From an uncultured Acidobacteriota bacterium (GTDB taxonomy: Bacteria > Acidobacteriota > Thermoanaerobaculia > Multivoradales > UBA5704): a stretch of 64,000 nt of DNA. The notes beneath the pieces are model-generated. The model was not told the origin of the DNA and ran no database searches. It saw only the letters and a list, made by a program, of their open reading frames with translations. Each line of letters opens with the position of its first letter. The first letter of the stretch is position 1. Location of the stretch: the NCBI GenBank assembly GCA_963700145.1, contig OY969474.1, positions 4,896,001 to 4,960,000 on the forward strand, given 5' to 3'. The position numbers and the translations under genes were made by a program. Below, in pieces: positions 58,899 to 64,000 of this stretch.

Positions 58899-61358
58899 CT
58901 ACGACGCCGGCCGCGCCGGATAGCGCTTCTCGACCAGCGGGCCGGAGCCCTCGGTGATCTCGACGATGCGGTTGCCGGCGACGCCGGCGAAGCGCTGCAC
59001 GATCCCCGAGGCCGGCCAGCGCACGGTCAGCTCGTCCACCGCCGCCGCGCCGCCGAGGCCGAAGTGCAGGCGCAGGGCGTTCTGCGAGCCGTAGCCGTCG
59101 CCGAGCACGACCTCGCGGCTCTGGGTGATGCCGCCGGCGCGCGCCGTCACCCGCGCCCCCACCCCGTCGCGGTTGGAGCGCGTGCCCACCAGCTCCACCT
59201 GCAGCCAGTGGCGTGGCGTCGCGAGCTGGTTGCGCAGCAGCGCGTGGCGGTCGGTGCTGGCCGCCACCGCGATGTCGAGGGCGCCGCGGTTCCAGAAGTC
59301 GGCCACGGCGATGCCGCGGCTGTTGCGCAGCAGGTCGGTGCCGGCGGCGCGGCCGATCTCGCGGAAGCGCACGCGGCCGTCGTGTCCCGGCCCCAGGCTG
59401 CGCAGGTGGCGGTTGCGCTCCCAGCCGTGCCAGGAGCGGCCGCGGAAGTTCGCGGGGTCGAAGAGGCGGCCGTTCTTGTAGGTCCGCTGGTTCCCCACCA
59501 CCTGGTCGAGGAACTCCAGCTCGATCTCGGTGCCCCGCCGGCCGTAGACCCAGCCGTTGGCGCTGTAGATGTCCTGCCAGCCGTCGTTGTCGAAGTCGTA
59601 GAAGCCGGAGCCCCAGAACCAGCCGAGCGGGTTGGCGCCGGCGTCCCAGGTGACGTCCTCGAAGCGGCCGCCGCCGCGGTTGCGCAGCAGCGTGTTGCCC
59701 GAGGCCATCTTCTGGAACACCCCGACGAAGCCGAAGCCCGACTGGCGGAAGATCTCGAAGTAGAGCGGCATGTCGGTGCGCCACACCCCCTGGCGGAAGG
59801 AATTGGCCATGTAGCGCGCCACCGTCGGGGCCTCGGCGAACCAGGCGTGCTCGGAGCGGATGTCGGCGACGTAGAGGTCGAAGAGGCCGTCGTTGTCGTA
59901 GTCGCCGAAGGAGGCGCTCATGCCGGCGCCGTAGGCGAGAGTGCCGGCGTCCACCGTCACGTCGCTGAAGGTGACCTCGCCGGAGCCGTCGTCGCCGTCG
60001 TTGCGATAGAGGGTGCTGCGCCCGAAGTCGTTGACGGCGTAGAGGTCGGGGTCGCCGTCGTCGTCGTAGTCACCCCACACCGAGCCCAGGCCGAGGCCGG
60101 TGTCCCCCACGCCCGCCGCCGCCGTGACGTTGGTGAAGCGGCCGCCGCCGTCGTTGCGGTAGAGCTGGTTGGGCTCGCCGTTGCGGGCGTAGAAGGTGGT
60201 GGGGATCTTGGTCCGCGGGTCGAGATAGCGGCCGACGTAGAGGTCGAGGTCGCCGTCGAGGTCGTAGTCGGCGAAGGAGGCGACGGTGGTGCAGCAGTCG
60301 GCCCCGAGGCCGGAGCGGGCAGTGGCGTCCGTGAAGCGCACCTGCCCGGCGGCGTCCCGGCCGCGGCTCAGGAAGAGCTGGTTGGGGCGGAAGGTGCGGC
60401 TGACGAAGAGGTCGCGCCAGCCGTCGCCGTCGACGTCGGCGAAGAGCCCGACCGAGGCGCCGTCGAGACCGGCCAGGCCGGCGGCGGCGGTGACGTCGGC
60501 GAAGCGGCCGTCGCCGGTGTTGCGGAAGAGGCGCGACTCGACGCCGTCGGGGACGAAGAGGTCGTAGAGGCCGTCGTTGTCGAAGTCGGCGGCGGTGATG
60601 CCGCCGGGGCCGTAGCGGATCATGCCGAAGCGGAGCGGCTGGTCGAGGAAGCCGGGGTAGTAGCGGTTGCGGAAGGCGATCCCGGCCGCCGGTCCGACAT
60701 CGGCGAAGTGCGGCCGGCCGCCGGCCACCCGCTCTCCTTCGACCAGGGTCGCCTCGACGAGCGCCGGGCGTCCGTCCGCGGCGGTGAAGCGGGCGCGCAC
60801 CAGGGCGCGGTCGATGACCGGCCGGCCGCCGCTCGTGCCCAGCAGCTCGAAGCGCAGGACCGCGCGCAGGTCCCGCGGGTCGCTCCAGCTCTCGACGCGG
60901 TGAAGGTGGACGCCGACCTCCTCGATCCGCTCGAGGCGCGCGAGGTAGTCCCGCCACTCCGCGAGCGCCGCCGCGCGGCCGGCCGTCCCCGCCGCCGGCG
61001 CCCAGCGCAGGGTGGCGACGCCGTCCTTCTCGTCCACCGGCAGGAGGCGGTTGAGGCCCAACGGCCGGCCGCGGTAGCCGGGAGCGTAGTGCTCCGCCAC
61101 ACCCGCCAGGTCGCGCGCCTGGAGTGCCTGCCCGATCTCGCCGAGGACCGCGACCAGCCCGCGGCCGGTCGCGAAGAAACGGCGCCCGCGCCGCTCGGCG
61201 TGCGCCAGGAGCGCCCAGCAGGAAGCGGCGAGCGCGACCAGGGCGAGGACGACGATCCAAGGCGCTCGCCGGCGGCGGCGCGGCGGCGCCTCGGGGCGCA
61301 CCTCCGGTGCCTCTTCGAAGGGCGGGAACTCCTCAGGCTCGGCGGGCAGCGGCAGCAT
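58899..61358 (-). CDS. Membrane-anchored CRTAC1-family FG-GAP + ASPIC/UnbV protein with extra N-terminal alpha/beta domain
   Basis: Arg cluster plus TM helix, a ~150-aa domain, DFDNDG repeats, GDGYGSQNALRLHFGLG..VRWP. Confidence 0.88.
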   Translation of the reverse strand: MLPLPAEPEEFPPFEEAPEVRPEAPPRRRRRAPWIVVLALVALAASCWALLAHAERRGRRFFATGRGLVAVLGEIGQALQARDLAGVAEHYAPGYRGRPLGLNRLLPVDEKDGVATLRWAPAAGTAGRAAALAEWRDYLARLERIEEVGVHLHRVESWSDPRDLRAVLRFELLGTSGGRPVIDRALVRARFTAADGRPALVEATLVEGERVAGGRPHFADVGPAAGIAFRNRYYPGFLDQPLRFGMIRYGPGGITAADFDNDGLYDLFVPDGVESRLFRNTGDGRFADVTAAAGLAGLDGASVGLFADVDGDGWRDLFVSRTFRPNQLFLSRGRDAAGQVRFTDATARSGLGADCCTTVASFADYDLDGDLDLYVGRYLDPRTKIPTTFYARNGEPNQLYRNDGGGRFTNVTAAAGVGDTGLGLGSVWGDYDDDGDPDLYAVNDFGRSTLYRNDGDDGSGEVTFSDVTVDAGTLAYGAGMSASFGDYDNDGLFDLYVADIRSEHAWFAEAPTVARYMANSFRQGVWRTDMPLYFEIFRQSGFGFVGVFQKMASGNTLLRNRGGGRFEDVTWDAGANPLGWFWGSGFYDFDNDGWQDIYSANGWVYGRRGTEIELEFLDQVVGNQRTYKNGRLFDPANFRGRSWHGWERNRHLRSLGPGHDGRVRFREIGRAAGTDLLRNSRGIAVADFWNRGALDIAVAASTDRHALLRNQLATPRHWLQVELVGTRSNRDGVGARVTARAGGITQSREVVLGDGYGSQNALRLHFGLGGAAAVDELTVRWPASGIVQRFAGVAGNRIVEITEGSGPLVEKRYPARPAS

Positions 61359-61436
61359 GCGTCGGGGTTAGCCCAAGTACCTAAGCATTTTAACCACCGG
61401 CCGCGCCGCCGTCCAGGCCGGTATATCGTGCCCGCC

Positions 61437-62447
61437 ATGGACGGGAGACTCCGCTACGCCGCCGCCGCCTGCCAGACCGATTTCGGCAACCCCGCCGACC
61501 GCGGCGGCATCAAGCCCCACACCGACCGCATGCTGGCGATGATCGCCCAGGCGGTCGAGGGCTACGCCCCCTTCCTGCCGGTCAAGCTGGTGGTCTTCCC
61601 CGAGTTCGCGCACGCCGCGCCGGTCTACCCCACCGCTCGCGAGCTGCTCGACAAGCTCGCTCTCCCGGTCCCCAACGAGCACACCGAGCGCTACGTCGAG
61701 AAGGCGCGGGAATACGGGGTCTACGTCCAGACCGGGAGCTTCCTCGAGAGCGACGAGCGCTGGCCGGGCGTGGTCTTCAACACCACCTGCCTGATCGGCC
61801 CCGAAGGGATCCTCAGCAAGTACCGCAAGGTCAACCCCTGGATCCCCTGGGAGGTGCACGCCAGCCCGCACGACCTGCCGGGCTACGACGAGGAGATGTT
61901 CCCGGTCGTCGACACGCCGATCGGCAAGCTAGGGGTGGCCATCTGCTACGACTGGCTCTTCCCGGAGGCCCTGCGCCAGCTCACCGCCAACGGCGCCGAG
62001 GTGCTGATCCGGGTCTCGGCCTACATGGACCCCTGGGGGGCGACGCCGCCGATGGATTGGTGGACAGTCGTCAACCGCTGCCGCGCGCTCGAGAACGTGG
62101 CCTACGTCGTGGCCTCCAACCAGGCGGCGAGCCTCGCCCACTACCCCCCGTTCTCCTGGCCCGGCGGCAGCATGGTCGTGGACTTCGAGGGGCGGGTGCT
62201 CGCCCAGGCCGACCCGGGGCCGGGGGAGAAGATCGTCGTCGGCCCGGTGGACATCGACGCCCTGCGCCACGAGCGCGCGGTCCGCCGCGGCCACCAGACC
62301 CTCGCCCACCTGCGCAGCGAGTGCTACCCGATGTACCGCGAGAGCTTCTACCCGCCCGAGCGTGGCGCCGAGCGCGAGAAGCTCAGCGTCGAGGGCAACG
62401 ACGAAGCGATCGCGTCGGCCAAGGGGAAGCTCGGCTACGGCACCTGA
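61437..62447 (+). CDS. Nitrilase/carbon-nitrogen hydrolase family protein
   Basis: Catalytic triad motifs VVFPEF, KYRKV and AICYD. Confidence 0.9.
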   Translation: MDGRLRYAAAACQTDFGNPADRGGIKPHTDRMLAMIAQAVEGYAPFLPVKLVVFPEFAHAAPVYPTARELLDKLALPVPNEHTERYVEKAREYGVYVQTGSFLESDERWPGVVFNTTCLIGPEGILSKYRKVNPWIPWEVHASPHDLPGYDEEMFPVVDTPIGKLGVAICYDWLFPEALRQLTANGAEVLIRVSAYMDPWGATPPMDWWTVVNRCRALENVAYVVASNQAASLAHYPPFSWPGGSMVVDFEGRVLAQADPGPGEKIVVGPVDIDALRHERAVRRGHQTLAHLRSECYPMYRESFYPPERGAEREKLSVEGNDEAIASAKGKLGYGT

Positions 62448-62498
62448 CGGCGGCCCCCGGCCCGCGCTCTGATGGTCAGCGGGCTAGGGGGCACCTTT

Positions 62499-63734
62499 CT
62501 ATACGGCGGCCCCCTGACCGGCGCCGGACGCCGCCTCGAGCCGATCCTGCAACCGCTTGTCGGGGTCCTCGAACCGGAGGATGTAGAGATTCGAGAGCGT
62601 GGCGGGGAACGCGCTGACGACGCCGTTCATGCTCATCATCCCGCGGGCGCCGGCGAAGGCTCCGGTCCCCCCGCGGAGCGGCCCGAAGCCACCCATCCGG
62701 AACACCGGGTAAGGCGCGCCCGGCAGGTAGGTGCGAAAGGCGCGCCCCTCCATCATGTTCGCGGACACCGAGCCGAGACTCCGGCCTTGGGAATCGTGGA
62801 AGGTGAAGACGCCTTCGGTGGTCTGCGCGGTGGTGACGGTGAACTGGTTTGCGAAGCTGCAATGGAGCATCGCCGACGCGGTCCCCACGATCTCCCCCGA
62901 CTGGGTGCTGCTTTGCATGCTTTCGTAATCGAAACCGATCCGGACCAGACGAAGGCGCTCGAACACCTGGGCGCCGACCGGCGAGTTGCCGGGCGGCCCG
63001 TGGACCAGCTGGATCGGCCGGTGTGGATCGGCCTCGCCGAGGAAGAACATGAACACGCCGGAGCCGGCGGGCGTCTGGCCTGCTCGCACCAGCGGCGGGA
63101 CGGGCGCTTTGGCCGTGAGCTGGCCGTTTGGATCCATCACTCGCAGAATCAGGTTGAGGGCCAGCGAATTGGGAGGAGTGATGAAGCCGTTGATCACCAT
63201 CGTGGCCCCGGGGAGCGTCTCGTCCGACAGGCCGTAGAGGGCGCCGAACCCCCCCAGGACGTTGATCACGGCACCGATGTTGAGCGAGCCGAACGAGCCG
63301 GCGAGCGGGAACGTGCGGCCGGAGCCGAACGCTTGAATGCCGCTCACCCTCCGGTCATGGAAGCTGAGCTGCCCGTTGAGCATGGTGAACCGCTGCGAGG
63401 TGAAGGGGTTCAGGATCGTGGGCGGGGGGGAGACGCCGGGGCTCGGGGCGTAGCTCTCCGGGATCGGCGTCCAACGGATGTTGACGTTGGCGATGGTTTG
63501 GTCGCTGATCAGGTTGCTTGCGCTCAAGCCCTGCGGCCCCATCGTCGTCACGACTTCGAAGCGGTGGAGCTCTTCGTTGACGTTGACCGCGGTCAAGAGC
63601 AACTGTCCCAGGGTCTGCGTCGCGATCGGCAGCAGCGGCACCGGCTGATTCGGGATCGCGTCAGGGGCGTCACTGTGTTTGTTGAAGATCGGAAAGTAGG
63701 CGGCGCTCTCGAGCAGACGGGTCACTTCGTCCAT
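62499..63734 (-). CDS. Hypothetical protein with two dirigent/allene-oxide-cyclase-like beta-barrel repeats
   Basis: GRTF..GGFGALYG..INGF and GRAF..GGTGAFAGARGMMSMNGV repeats. Long ORF with moderately lower GC. Confidence 0.6.
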   Translation of the reverse strand: MDEVTRLLESAAYFPIFNKHSDAPDAIPNQPVPLLPIATQTLGQLLLTAVNVNEELHRFEVVTTMGPQGLSASNLISDQTIANVNIRWTPIPESYAPSPGVSPPPTILNPFTSQRFTMLNGQLSFHDRRVSGIQAFGSGRTFPLAGSFGSLNIGAVINVLGGFGALYGLSDETLPGATMVINGFITPPNSLALNLILRVMDPNGQLTAKAPVPPLVRAGQTPAGSGVFMFFLGEADPHRPIQLVHGPPGNSPVGAQVFERLRLVRIGFDYESMQSSTQSGEIVGTASAMLHCSFANQFTVTTAQTTEGVFTFHDSQGRSLGSVSANMMEGRAFRTYLPGAPYPVFRMGGFGPLRGGTGAFAGARGMMSMNGVVSAFPATLSNLYILRFEDPDKRLQDRLEAASGAGQGAAV

Positions 63735-63741
63735 TGCGTGC

Positions 63742-63999
63742 TCACTGTTGCCGGCTGGTCCTCGGTGGCTGGACGGGTCCCCATCCGAACAGGCCCTGCT
63801 GTTGTTGCCAGGCGGTGCCGGTCACCCAGTAGACCGTGTCGACCCCCAGTTGGAGGAGACCGAACGCCAGGTTCCCCACTTGGTTGAGCAGACCGGATGC
63901 GGTGCCGGCCGCCTCGGGGAGGCCGAACGCAGCGTCCACCACCGCTCTCTGCAGCCGGTCCCCGCTCTCGAAGGCCGAGCGCAACGTCGGCCCGAGCTG
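63742..63999 (-). CDS. Hypothetical protein, 3' part (continues beyond window)
   Basis: Frame open to the window edge, stop 7 bp upstream of the next gene, ends QGLFGWGPVQPP. Confidence 0.55.
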   Translation of the reverse strand, partial: QLGPTLRSAFESGDRLQRAVVDAAFGLPEAAGTASGLLNQVGNLAFGLLQLGVDTVYWVTGTAWQQQQGLFGWGPVQPPRTSRQQ

Positions 64000-64000
64000 C

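Noticed and set aside
51246-61358. Enediyne biosynthetic cluster because of the UnbV domains
   Set aside because: No PKSE, thioesterase or UnbU/UnbL-like genes in the window.

Overview
Very GC-rich bacterial chromosomal window. Gene content (futalosine mqnB/mqnD, exosortase H, fused E1alpha/beta 2-oxoacid dehydrogenase, several ASPIC/UnbV proteins) suggests an Acidobacteriota-like diderm; this is inference. From left to right: (1) a tightly coupled six-gene operon at 1-13294 (patatin/DUF3376, membrane-anchored di-heme cytochrome c, GMC oxidoreductase, DUF4331, TPR, multi-TM cPLA2/patatin-like protein); (2) a complete IS21 element with a 6-bp target duplication, inserted in a head-to-head 20-21-bp repeat array; (3) envelope and housekeeping genes (L,D-transpeptidase, peptidase/PD40/Omp85 protein, amidohydrolase pair, mqnB-mqnD); (4) a 16-copy 21-bp tandem array followed by a lower-GC candidate defence islet (frameshifted TIGR02391, tandem NDT-like protein, DUF433/DUF5615 TA); (5) metabolic genes (E1, pfkA, Hsp20, xrtH, pyrR-pyrB-pyrC, GH113-like, add, GNAT-methyltransferase); (6) a decayed IS3/IS256 nest that truncates a trypsin-like protease; (7) a 10-kb minus-strand operon of four FG-GAP/ASPIC-UnbV proteins plus a TPR protein, ending in an AbrB/PIN TA module and divergent from a nitrilase; (8) a tandem dirigent/AOC-like hypothetical protein at the right edge. 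No rRNA, tRNA or CRISPR array was recognised. All family calls come from motif recognition by eye, not database searches.
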